64,000 bases of DNA from Candidatus Zhuqueibacterota bacterium (lineage in GTDB: Bacteria > Zhuqueibacterota > Zhuqueibacteria > Zhuqueibacterales > Geothermadaptataceae), in assembly GCA_015491485.1 (NCBI GenBank), contig WFVT01000284.1, positions 243-64,242 of the forward strand, in the 5' to 3' direction. Below, piece by piece: positions 31,780 through 41,220 of the stretch. Made by a program: the position numbers and the translations under genes. Position 1 is the stretch's first letter, and each line of letters opens with the position of its first letter. The notes under the pieces were generated by a model. It was not told the origin of the DNA, made no database searches, and was given only the letters and a program-made list of their open reading frames with translations.

Positions 31780-33330
31780 CTAAAGCGGTATGTTACCGTG
31801 CTTTTTGCGTGGATTGGAATCGACTTTGTTCTCCAGCATGTTCAAAGCGCGGATGAGTTTCGGCCGCGTTTCGGCCGGCTCGATCACATCATCGATATAA
31901 CCGCGTTCGGCGGCAATATACGGATTGGCAAATTTCTCACGATATTGCCGTTCTTTTTCGGCCAGAGCCGCCTGCGGGTCGTCTGCAGCTTCGATGTCTT
32001 TTTTGAAGATAATTTCCACCGCGCCTTTCGGCCCCATCACCGCAATCTCGGCAGACGGCCAGGCAAAATTGATGTCCCCCCGGATATGTTTGGAACTCAT
32101 CACATCGTATGCGCCGCCATAGGCTTTGCGCGTGATGACGGTCAGTTTGGGGACGGTGGCTTCACAATAGGCGTACAGCAGTTTGGCGCCGTGTTTGATA
32201 ATACCTCCCCATTCCTGGTCGGTGCCGGGCAGGAAGCCGGGCACATCCACAAACGTGAGCAACGGGATGTTGAACGCATCGCAAAAGCGCACGAACCGGG
32301 CGCCTTTGATGGACGAGTTGATGTCCAGCACCCCCGCCAGCACCGCCGGCTGATTGGCAACGACCCCCACCGGCTTGCCGTCCATTCTGGCAAATCCGAC
32401 CACCAGATTCTGCGCGTAATCGGCATGCACCTCCATAAACTCGCCGTCATCAACAACTTTGACGATGATCTCTTTAATATCGTACGGCTTATTGGGATTG
32501 TCCGGCACGATGTGATTCAGCGATTCTTCGGTGCGTGATGCCGGATCCTCGGTGGGTTTGACGGGTGGATCTTCGGCATTGTTTTGCGGCAAATAGCCTA
32601 AAAGCCGCCGGATGTTTTTCAGACACTCGATCTCATTTTCTTCCAGGAAGTGCGCGACTCCGCTTTTCGTGGCGTGAGTTTCCGCTCCTCCCAGCTCCTC
32701 GAAGCTCACATCCTCATGCGTGACCGTTTTTACGACATCCGGGCCGGTGACAAACATGTAGCTGGTCTTTTTGACCATGAAGATAAAATCGGTGATGGCG
32801 GGGGAATAAACCGCGCCGCCGGCGCAGGGGCCTAAGATGGCGGAGATTTGGGGAATGACACCGGAGGCCAGGGTGTTGCGCAAAAAGATATCCGCGTAGG
32901 CGCCGAGGCTGACCACGCCTTCCTGAATGCGCGCTCCCCCGGAGTCATTCAGGCCGATCACCGGCGCCCCGTTTTTCATCGCCAGGTCCATGATTTTGCA
33001 AATTTTTTGACCGTGCGCTTCAGAAAGCGAGCCTCCAAACACGGTGAAGTCCTGAGAAAAAACATACACCAGCCGGCCGTCGATCGTGCCGTAGCCGGTC
33101 ACTACGCCATCGCCGGGAATGCGTTGTTTATCCAGCCCGAAATCGTGCGAGCGGTGCATCACCAGCATGTCCAGTTCTTCGAAACTGCCCGGGTCCAATA
33201 ACAATTCGATGCGTTCTCTGGCGGTGAGTTTGCCTTTGGCGTGCTGTGCTGCGATCCGTTTTTCTCCGCCGCCTAATTGAGCCTGTTGTTTCCGCTCACG
33301 CAATTGCTGAAGTTTATCGGTTGTCGCCAT
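31780..33330 (-). CDS. Acyl-CoA carboxylase carboxyltransferase (beta) subunit, propionyl-CoA/methylmalonyl-CoA type
   Basis: 516 aa. [31 protein letters not shown] and [12 protein letters not shown] motifs of the PccB/12S carboxyltransferase family. Confidence 0.9.
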   Translation of the reverse strand: MATTDKLQQLRERKQQAQLGGGEKRIAAQHAKGKLTARERIELLLDPGSFEELDMLVMHRSHDFGLDKQRIPGDGVVTGYGTIDGRLVYVFSQDFTVFGGSLSEAHGQKICKIMDLAMKNGAPVIGLNDSGGARIQEGVVSLGAYADIFLRNTLASGVIPQISAILGPCAGGAVYSPAITDFIFMVKKTSYMFVTGPDVVKTVTHEDVSFEELGGAETHATKSGVAHFLEENEIECLKNIRRLLGYLPQNNAEDPPVKPTEDPASRTEESLNHIVPDNPNKPYDIKEIIVKVVDDGEFMEVHADYAQNLVVGFARMDGKPVGVVANQPAVLAGVLDINSSIKGARFVRFCDAFNIPLLTFVDVPGFLPGTDQEWGGIIKHGAKLLYAYCEATVPKLTVITRKAYGGAYDVMSSKHIRGDINFAWPSAEIAVMGPKGAVEIIFKKDIEAADDPQAALAEKERQYREKFANPYIAAERGYIDDVIEPAETRPKLIRALNMLENKVDSNPRKKHGNIPL

Positions 33331-33742
33331 GGTTCCTTCGAATCGTTTAATTGGTCGTTTACTGGAATTATTTAAATCGGATCAAAGACTTGCAATGTCG
33401 ATATGGCCGGCCGGCGACAGTAGAGCCGTAATTGCAATGCGTGTCGCCGGATGGCACCATCATAGCGGTTTCCAACCGCAAACGCCCGCCGGAAGCGGGG
33501 AGAGAAAGACAGTGACGCTCAAAATATTTCAGATTATAACAATACGCAATCATGAATTGAAAATCAATGAGGAAGTGCCCAAAAACGGAACGGGCGCCGT
33601 TGATTTTCAATCGGTTCCAGCAAGAAAACTGTTCATCCAGCCACGAAAATGCTTTCCGCCGGGAAGATGGTGCTGCGTTTTCGGGGCGGTGAGAATTTCA
33701 TGGAGGGTGGACACGGAGCAATGTTCCGGGCTGGATTGTTTG

Positions 33743-33832
33743 TATCCATTTTATGAAGGCCAGGTTGATTTTCATAACGCGAAGGCATCCTCACCGGTGC
33801 TCCGAGTGTGAAGGCGTCCTCGCGGGCGCTCC
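33743..33832 (+). repeat. Dispersed intergenic element, copy B
   Basis: TATCCAT..ATGAAGGCCAGGTTGATTTTCAT..CGAAGGCATCCTCACCGGTGCTCCGAG..GAAGGCGTCCTCGCGGGCGCTCC. 38 of the first 44 core positions are identical to copy C by manual count. Confidence 0.7.
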
Positions 33833-34035
33833 GCGAACCCCGCAGGGATGATTCGCCCATCCCCCGGTTCGAAACGAGCAAAACCCGGGAACCGGGATAA
33901 CAATTTGTCGTTGTCAGGGGTGACGGCTGGAGAAACATTCGGTGAACACAGCCGGAATGTAAAAAATATGTAAAGGTTCAAATAAAACGGACAAACCGGG
34001 CGATAATAAGGGCATAGAGAACATTTTTCCCGGGA

Positions 34036-34542
34036 ATGCGTGATGGTAACATGCACAGTCTCATATTAAAGCCGTTTGAATGCCGTCTGATCGAATCCCT
34101 TTTGCCCGTCATTCTGCCGTCCATCCCCGTTCAGGAGCAACGATTTCGCCGACGGGTGATGTATCATATCGATCGATTTTTGATTAAAATGCCGTTGTTG
34201 TTCCGGTGGCTGTTTCATCTGGGAGCGTGGCTGTTTGATGTTTCGCCGATTTTGTTCTTATCCCGTCCGCAACGCTTTCACCGTAGCCCACTGACTTTCC
34301 GTCAATACTGGACAGATCGTACGTACCGCACCTCCGTGATGCCGCTCTACCGATGGTTTCACATTATCAGGGGCCTGATTTTGCTGGTGTATTACAGCCA
34401 GGACGAGCAGCACCGCCGTATGCGCTATTACCCGGCCGATTGGGTGAAATTCAATGTAATGAAGCGCCGACGGAAATTGAATTTAGTGGAAGAGGCTCCT
34501 CATGACTCACAACCTTCGCGGTTCCAGCCCCGATCCTCCTGA
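34036..34542 (+). CDS. Hypothetical protein preceding the GMC oxidoreductase
   Basis: 168-aa ORF with hydrophobic segments (LLFRWLFHLGAWLFDVSPILFL). Overlaps the GMC gene by 41 nt. No recognised motif. Confidence 0.45.
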   Translation: MRDGNMHSLILKPFECRLIESLLPVILPSIPVQEQRFRRRVMYHIDRFLIKMPLLFRWLFHLGAWLFDVSPILFLSRPQRFHRSPLTFRQYWTDRTYRTSVMPLYRWFHIIRGLILLVYYSQDEQHRRMRYYPADWVKFNVMKRRRKLNLVEEAPHDSQPSRFQPRSS

Positions 34543-36028
34543 GCGCTGCCAGATATGCGTCATCGGCTCCGGAGCCGGCGGCGCCGTGGTGGCGGCCGAA
34601 TTGGCGGAAGCCGGTTTCGATGTGGTGGTGCTGGAGGAAGGAGGTTACTACCCTACCTCTGAATTGTCCCATGACCCGCTACGCATGCTGCCGCGGCTGT
34701 ACCGCAATGCCGGCGGCGACAGCACTCTCGGTCGTGCGCCGGTCATGTACACCGAAGGCCGCTGTGTCGGCGGCAGCACCGTTATCAATGCCGGGGTGTG
34801 TTACCGTACCCCGTCGGATGTGCTTCACCGGTGGGCTATGGGCCTTGGCAGTGATGAGTTCTTGCCGGAAAACCTTGCTCCGCTGTTTGAGCGCGTGGAA
34901 AAGGAATTGCATGTGAGTCGGGTTCCGGAGTCCCTTTACAGCAAAGATTCAAAACTCATGCTGGAAGCCGCCCGTGCGAAAAATTATCATACCGTTCCGG
35001 TGATGCGAAATATCCATGCGTGCCAGGGCACAAACATGTGCATTCTGGGGTGTCCCACCGGCGCAAAACAAAGCACTCTGGTAACCTATTTACCGCGGGC
35101 GGAGCGCGCGGGGGCGCAGATCTTTGCCAATTGCCGCGTCCAGAAAATCGAGCTTGACGGAGCGAAGGCGACCGGAGTGGAATATCACGTGCTTGATCCG
35201 CTGACCGGCAAACGCGGTCCGACCCGTTTTTTGCGAGCCGATTGGATTTTTGTGGCCGGCGGCGGGATGCAGAGCCCGTCCATCCTGTTTCGCAGCGGCA
35301 TTACCCGGAAATTGAAATGGGTGGGAAAGACTCTGTTTCTGCATCCCAATACCAAATGTGTGGCGATCTTTCCGGATGAAGTGAACGCCTGGCAGGGCTC
35401 TATCCAGGGCTTTCAGGTGGATGAGTTCGCCGACCAGGGTTTGACGTTCGGTACCACATTTTTGCCGCCCGGCATTCTGGCGCTGGCGCTGCCTTTTTAT
35501 GGCCGTGAAATGGACCGCATTATGGAACAGTACCACCATCTGAGCGTTTGGGGCGTGCTGGTGGAAGATTCCCATCCGGGCAGGTTGCGATTTACGCCCA
35601 AGGGCCTGCCGATCGCAAGCTATAAACTGACCCGCGCCGATGTCCAACGGTTCAAATTCGGGATTCTGAAATTGGCGGAGCTGTTTTTTGACGCCGGTGC
35701 CAGAAAAGTATTGCTGCCGATCCGTGGATTTGAATATGCCGAACATCCGGATGACCTGCGCATGCTGGAGCGTTATCCCTTGAAGCCGGGGCAGTTAAGC
35801 CTGTTTTCAGTGCATTTGATGGGTACCTGCCGTATGGGGCATTCTTCCCGTACGTCGGTGGTGGACGTCAATCACCGCGTTCACGGTTTGCGCAATCTGT
35901 TTATCGCCGATGCCAGTGTGTTCCCCGGGCCGATCCGCGTCAATCCGATGGTGACCATCATGGCCATGGCCACTCGCGCCGCACAGAATTTCGTGGAAAA
36001 ACAGCGAAACTTTCTGCAGGCGGCTTAA
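34502..36028 (+). CDS. GMC-family FAD-dependent oxidoreductase
   Basis: N-terminal dinucleotide fold CVIGSGAGGAVVAAELAEAGFDVVVLEEGG. C-terminal HLMGTCRMG and LFIADASVFP are typical of GMC enzymes. Confidence 0.85.
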   Translation: MTHNLRGSSPDPPERCQICVIGSGAGGAVVAAELAEAGFDVVVLEEGGYYPTSELSHDPLRMLPRLYRNAGGDSTLGRAPVMYTEGRCVGGSTVINAGVCYRTPSDVLHRWAMGLGSDEFLPENLAPLFERVEKELHVSRVPESLYSKDSKLMLEAARAKNYHTVPVMRNIHACQGTNMCILGCPTGAKQSTLVTYLPRAERAGAQIFANCRVQKIELDGAKATGVEYHVLDPLTGKRGPTRFLRADWIFVAGGGMQSPSILFRSGITRKLKWVGKTLFLHPNTKCVAIFPDEVNAWQGSIQGFQVDEFADQGLTFGTTFLPPGILALALPFYGREMDRIMEQYHHLSVWGVLVEDSHPGRLRFTPKGLPIASYKLTRADVQRFKFGILKLAELFFDAGARKVLLPIRGFEYAEHPDDLRMLERYPLKPGQLSLFSVHLMGTCRMGHSSRTSVVDVNHRVHGLRNLFIADASVFPGPIRVNPMVTIMAMATRAAQNFVEKQRNFLQAA

Positions 36029-36189
36029 CCAATAGGATGAATGGGTTTGATTTTTCCACATTGCCTTTCTATTTTTTGATAACAAATCCACGATATGATT
36101 TGCATTCCCCGGCGGCACGGAAAACCACGTCGCCGGTATATGGGAATCCTACATAGGAGGATGGGAAAACCTTTCTGATCGATATCCCT

Positions 36190-36711
36190 GTGATGGCCCT
36201 CATCGGGCTGCTGTACGCGCCCTTTGACCGGCCCACGGGACAATCTCGCGTGAGCTCGCCGGCATTTCGGGCAAGCTTTGCACTGGCATCGGCTTTTGTT
36301 GTGCTGGTGGCGCTGAGCTATGGCCTCAATCCGGCCTGGATGTGGATGTACTACGTGGATCCGCAATCCGTTTCGGTACCGGCACTGTTATACGTGCTCA
36401 TCGGCCTGTACGCGTTGCCCTGGATCGCCGGCTATGCCATCGGCCTGGAGCTGATCCGGCGCAGCCGCAATGCCTGGCGAACCGCGGTGGCGGCGGCGCT
36501 GGTGATGGAAGGATGGTTGCTTGCCGAATTATGGGATCGGTATAATTGCCTTGCGGACTATCAGCAATTCTTGCAGGGCGAATGCCGGCCGCTTTTGGGC
36601 AGTACCGAGCCGCTTGCCCTGGTGCTCAACTTAGGGGGATTGATGCTTGTAGGACTGGCGGTGTTTTTGGGATGGCGATTGAAACGGCAAATGGACGCAG
36701 GGGGCAATTAG
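36190..36711 (+). CDS. Hypothetical polytopic membrane protein
   Basis: 173 aa with 4-5 predicted TM stretches; GTG-ATG start. No recognised motif. Confidence 0.45.
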   Translation: MMALIGLLYAPFDRPTGQSRVSSPAFRASFALASAFVVLVALSYGLNPAWMWMYYVDPQSVSVPALLYVLIGLYALPWIAGYAIGLELIRRSRNAWRTAVAAALVMEGWLLAELWDRYNCLADYQQFLQGECRPLLGSTEPLALVLNLGGLMLVGLAVFLGWRLKRQMDAGGN

Positions 36712-36872
36712 AAGCGTAGAAATCGCATTTGCTGATCGGGATCGTACTTTGCAACAGCGCCGTTTCGCATTATCAGAATGTCCTCGAAAACCCACTTACA
36801 GCCCCGCCGACAGCGCATGAGCGGCGGCTGCCGTTCGTTCCGGGAATCGCGTCAAACAACGTACCGGTTCGG

Positions 36873-38411
36873 TTATTCCAATAAAATCAGTTTCTGCGGC
36901 CGTCGGACATTTTCATTCCATTGCAGCAATTCAAAATCCCACACCCCATTGCGATCCTTCTCGAACTGCACATAACTCATGGTGTGTTTCATGGGAATCC
37001 AATGATGCAACCGGCTGATGACGTGGGCCCAGGTCCCGCTGTTGACATACCACCAGCCCTTTTCCAACCGATGAACTTCGGGCCGGTGAATGTGGCCGAG
37101 AACCAGAAACCGATCCTGTTTCGGATGGGCCGGTGGCGCCGTTTTGCGTTTGGCCTGCTGCAGCGCACTTTTGATGTCAAAATGATGCGTGCGGCCGATA
37201 AAGCGCAGCAGCCACTTGGCGGTGGCAAACGCTGCGACGATCAGGCTGAGATGCAGGAACCAGTTGCGCACCAAAAACCGGCCGATTGAACCGGTGAAAG
37301 AAAAAAACAGCTCGGCGTAATCGTCCCACAGCAAAGGCAGGACAAACCCCAGCAGCGTGTAGGCGCCAGCGAGCAAGTGGGGCAGGATCTCTGCCAGCAG
37401 CACCAATCCGTCACGCCGGTACTGGCGGTACAGGATTTTGCCGGTGATGGGCAGGTGGCGGATGAGTATGCGCAGCGCCTGTAACTTCTGTTTCAGTCCC
37501 AGCGTTTTAAAGACATCCGATAGCGGATTGATGTTGTTGATGAACGGAATCATGCTTTCAATCGCGTTGATGAGGTAGCGGTTTAAGATGGATCCCGGCG
37601 GCAGAGTCAGTTCGCCGTTTTGCACCGGCGGGCCTTCCACGCGCGTGATCGGCATGTACTGATGGCCGTGTTCAATGTAAATGGTCCGGTCGATGATGAC
37701 CGCTTTCTGGACGAAGAGTACATTTTTGCGGATGAACTTCATTCGTTCTACGGCATGGCGATATTCTCCGTTCACCGATGGCAGATGCCGGGCGAGAATT
37801 TTGTGAAATTCTCGCCGGACTCGCGGCCAGTAAAACTCCAGATCGTGGTTGCCTTTGACCAGAATCAGTTGATTGCCGTTGACGATAAAATCGGCCAGGG
37901 CGCGAAATACCCGCGGATGTCCTTCCGCAATGCGCTGGAGCTTCCAGGTGGATTTGAGTTCCTGTGACCCGAGGCCGAAATCGTACTCCTGTTTGTGAAA
38001 CAGGGGCTCGCTGTCCCGCAAATCCTGCCCCAAACTGCGGATATAGCGCCGGAACAATCGGTGTTCGCGATCGCCCGGCACCGCCCGAATGCGGATAAAA
38101 TCGAGAAAGTCGCCGTTGATGATGAGTGTCACCGGCCGGTCACGTTCCACAGCAAGAAATTGCAGATGTTCCAGAAACGCCTCGAACGCTTCATCGTTAA
38201 AGAAGTTTTCCGTACGTGAAAACCGGCGCTTATGCGGCAGAAAACCTTCCCCCATGTGAAAGTCGCTTACCACCACGATGAGTCTGTTCTCACCATCGAG
38301 CAGCAGGTCTTCGATGAGAGGATCGGGGTCGGTCCCGGAGTTGCGTTTTGAAGTTTGCGTGATCATACATCCTGTGCGGGTTGCGGATTTTATCGGATGA
38401 TGGGAGTTCAA
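36873..38411 (-). CDS. Calcineurin-like metallophosphoesterase with an internal membrane-helix insertion
   Basis: Motifs in order: VVSDFHMGEG, INGDFLDF, VKGNHDLEF, IEHGHQY, then about 150 aa including hydrophobic helices, then LGHIHRPE. Alternative start at ATG 38366. Confidence 0.75.
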   Translation of the reverse strand: MNSHHPIKSATRTGCMITQTSKRNSGTDPDPLIEDLLLDGENRLIVVVSDFHMGEGFLPHKRRFSRTENFFNDEAFEAFLEHLQFLAVERDRPVTLIINGDFLDFIRIRAVPGDREHRLFRRYIRSLGQDLRDSEPLFHKQEYDFGLGSQELKSTWKLQRIAEGHPRVFRALADFIVNGNQLILVKGNHDLEFYWPRVRREFHKILARHLPSVNGEYRHAVERMKFIRKNVLFVQKAVIIDRTIYIEHGHQYMPITRVEGPPVQNGELTLPPGSILNRYLINAIESMIPFINNINPLSDVFKTLGLKQKLQALRILIRHLPITGKILYRQYRRDGLVLLAEILPHLLAGAYTLLGFVLPLLWDDYAELFFSFTGSIGRFLVRNWFLHLSLIVAAFATAKWLLRFIGRTHHFDIKSALQQAKRKTAPPAHPKQDRFLVLGHIHRPEVHRLEKGWWYVNSGTWAHVISRLHHWIPMKHTMSYVQFEKDRNGVWDFELLQWNENVRRPQKLILLE

Positions 38412-38525
38412 ATATATTATCGGAAGATAACGAATGGAGTGGATAAACGTGTCAATTTGTTAAAATTTGGAGCAGAATATCTCCCGTTTTCTCTTTCATG
38501 CCGGATATTCATGATGGAATACGGG

Positions 38526-38614
38526 TATCCGTACAGTGAAGTACAGGTTGATTTTCAGGTCACGAAGGCATCCTCACCGGTCGTATAGCGCGAAGGCGTT
38601 CTCGCCAAAAGCAC
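38526..38614 (+). repeat. Dispersed intergenic element, copy C
   Basis: TATCCGT..GTGAAGTACAGGTTGATTTTCAGGTCACGAAGGCATCCTCACCGG..CGAAGGCGTTCTCGCC. Bracketed by the 10-mer GGGTATCCGT at 38523 and 38644. Confidence 0.7.
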
Positions 38615-39031
38615 ATTCATCAACGACGGCCGCCGTTTACAATGGGTATCCGTGACCATCTGTATCATCCGTTTCATCCGCGTTTGCGTTTTCCTGCCAG
38701 CGCCGCACAGTGCACAGAGATGCGCAGCCCCAAAACGTGGAATGAGGCGAGGAAGTTCCCATTCCCGTACATAAGCCGATAAAACGCCAAAATTTTCTTT
38801 TATATGGATAAAACATTTTTAAATTTATGAACTAAGCGCCGGATGGTGGCGCTGATAAAAAGCCATCAAGGCAAGCCCGAGCGGGTCGAACCATGAGAAA
38901 TCGATACCACCGAAATCCCATTCGGGCGATTCAGGAATATCTGTTGTTTGTGGCGTATCCGACATGCTGCGGCTTATCATCACGGAGGGATCACGCCACC
39001 TGTGAAAATAAATAAGCATAGAGGAGAAACC

Positions 39032-40993
39032 ATGCAGCCGATGACGCTAACGGAAAAAATCCTGTTGCATCACGCGATTGGATGGGACAAAGATTATGTC
39101 AAACCCGGGGATATATTGACCATTTCAGTGGACTGGACCATTGCCAGCGAGCTGGCCTGGAACGGGATGAATCAAACCTACGACGCGCTCGGCCGGCCGC
39201 CGCTGTTCAACAAAGACCGCTTTTATCTGGCCATTGACCACACGGTGGATCGCAACACCCTGGCCAACGATCCGCGCACTCAGCGCCTGGTGCAGTTGTC
39301 CCGCAGTTTTGCCCGCGAGGCGCAACTGAGCTATTTTTACGACGCCAATGAGACCATCATGCACACGGAATTTTACCGCCAGTTCGTGCGGCCCGGCGAT
39401 GTCATCCTCGGCGCCGACAGCCACACCAGTTCGCACGGCGGGCTCGGCGCGTTCGCCATCGGGCTCGGCGGCGCGGATATTGCCGTGGCCATGGTGCTGG
39501 GCCGGTCATGGATACAGGTGCCGGAGGCGATCCGGGTGCATTACGCCGGCCGTCTGGCTTTCGGCCTCACCGGCAAGGATGTCATCCTGAAGACCCTCGG
39601 CGAGCTGGGCCGCAACACCGTGGCGCTGGAACGTACGGTGGAATACACGGCGGACCATCTCGAGGATTTTACGCCGGATTTTCGCTTTACCATCGCGAAT
39701 ATGACCGCCGAATTCGGCGGCCTCAACGGCATTTTCCCGCCTGACGGTCACGTGGCTTTGTTCATGTCACGCCGGTTCCGGGAGGAGTTCCGCGAGGGCG
39801 GACTGTGGTTCCGTGCCGATGAGGATGCGCAGTATGTCGAAACCTTCCGCATTGATCTTGCCAATCTGGTGCCGCAAGTGGCGAAGCCGTTTTCGCCGGA
39901 TAACGTGTTTCCGGTTGATGAAACCGTGGGGCAGGAGCTGGACGGTTGTTTTATCGGCGCTTGCACCACCACCCAGGAAGAGCTGGTGCTGGCGGCGCTG
40001 GTGCTGGAAGCGGGCCTGAAAGAGGGCCGCAAACCGGTGGACCATCCCAACCGGCTGGTGATCCCGGGCAGCCGCGAGGTGGCGCGAAATTTACAGGAGG
40101 CGGGACTGTTGCAGATTTATGAGCAGTGCGGTTTCCGCATCGGGGAACCCGGTTGCAGCATGTGCCTGGGCATCGCCAGTGATCGCGCACAGCCCGGTGA
40201 AGTCTGGCTGTCGTCGCAAAACCGTAACTTCCCCAACCGCATGGGCAAGGGCAGTCTGGCCTGGCTGGCCAGCGCGCCGACCGTGGCCGCCAGCGCTTTC
40301 GATATGCGGATCAGCGATCCCCGTCCCTTGCTCGAAAAAGCGGACCGTGAAAAATACGAACGGTTGGCCGCACCGCGGCAGGGGCTGCCCGAAGTGGTGT
40401 ACACGGAACCCCGGGTGCAAAAAGGAACGGCGGTGGCCGAGGAATCCGGCGACGGCGCAGCGGAACTGGCGGCGACCGTGGAGGGGCGGGCGCAACTGTT
40501 CGGCGACAATGTGGATACCGACGCCATGATCGCCGGCGAATTTTGCCATTTGAACGACCTCAAAGAGTTGGGCGAAAAGGCGTTTTATCACTTCCGGCCG
40601 GAGTTTCCAGAGCGCGTGCGTAACGGCGAAAACATCATCGTGGCTGGCGAGGGCTGGGGCTGTGGTTCGAGCCGGGAACACGCCGCCTGGGCGCTGAAAG
40701 GCGCCGGCGTAAAGGCGATCGTCGCCAAAAGTTTTGCCTATATCCACAAGCGCAATCTGGTCAACGAGGCGATTCCGTTCATCATCATGCGCGATGAGCG
40801 GTTTTACGAGCGCGTCAAAGATGGCGATCCACTGGTGATCGATTTGCAAAAAGGCACGGTGACCCTGCATGGTGAAACCTATCAGGGCGAGCCGTTGCCG
40901 GGAATCATGCGGCGCATCATGGCCAGCGGCGGTATTGTGCCGCATGTAAAGAAGCGGCTGGCCGCCGCGGCGCAGGATACGGTGGCGCGATAA
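39032..40993 (+). CDS. Aconitase-family dehydratase, fused large and small subunits (3-isopropylmalate dehydratase/homoaconitase-like)
   Basis: Start at ATG 39032 after GAGGAG. Large-subunit motifs [28 protein letters not shown]. About 60-aa linker, then small-subunit motifs [10 protein letters not shown] and [17 protein letters not shown]. Confidence 0.8.
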   Translation: MQPMTLTEKILLHHAIGWDKDYVKPGDILTISVDWTIASELAWNGMNQTYDALGRPPLFNKDRFYLAIDHTVDRNTLANDPRTQRLVQLSRSFAREAQLSYFYDANETIMHTEFYRQFVRPGDVILGADSHTSSHGGLGAFAIGLGGADIAVAMVLGRSWIQVPEAIRVHYAGRLAFGLTGKDVILKTLGELGRNTVALERTVEYTADHLEDFTPDFRFTIANMTAEFGGLNGIFPPDGHVALFMSRRFREEFREGGLWFRADEDAQYVETFRIDLANLVPQVAKPFSPDNVFPVDETVGQELDGCFIGACTTTQEELVLAALVLEAGLKEGRKPVDHPNRLVIPGSREVARNLQEAGLLQIYEQCGFRIGEPGCSMCLGIASDRAQPGEVWLSSQNRNFPNRMGKGSLAWLASAPTVAASAFDMRISDPRPLLEKADREKYERLAAPRQGLPEVVYTEPRVQKGTAVAEESGDGAAELAATVEGRAQLFGDNVDTDAMIAGEFCHLNDLKELGEKAFYHFRPEFPERVRNGENIIVAGEGWGCGSSREHAAWALKGAGVKAIVAKSFAYIHKRNLVNEAIPFIIMRDERFYERVKDGDPLVIDLQKGTVTLHGETYQGEPLPGIMRRIMASGGIVPHVKKRLAAAAQDTVAR

Positions 40994-41220
40994 GCTGCGC
41001 GCGGGGTGTGGTTTGAAATGAAGTTGCCGCTAACCCGAAACGCGCGAAACAGTGATGGATTGAGTACCGTTTCCGCTGCCATGCCGGCAGGGAGGCCCAT
41101 CCCTGCCAGCGTCCACTATTGAACGACGAAGAACACCAGAAGAGACGACGGCCGTACGACTAATTTTAAATGCCGTGCCTCGTAAGGTGGAAGTTCGTGC
41201 CCGATCGCCCGGTCCAAAGC

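Noticed and set aside
33780-33832. Tandem ~28-nt units that superficially resemble CRISPR repeats
   Set aside because: There are only two adjacent imperfect units per locus, no spacers, and no cas genes in the window.
33863-33896. GGTTCGAAA string resembling a tRNA T-loop
   Set aside because: No complementary T-stem, acceptor or anticodon arms can be drawn. It is better explained as the hairpin CCCGGTTC...GAACCGGG.
38948-39031. N-terminal extension of the aconitase-family ORF
   Set aside because: ATG 39032 follows GAGGAG at proper spacing, and the conserved family N-terminus (MTLTEKIL) starts there.
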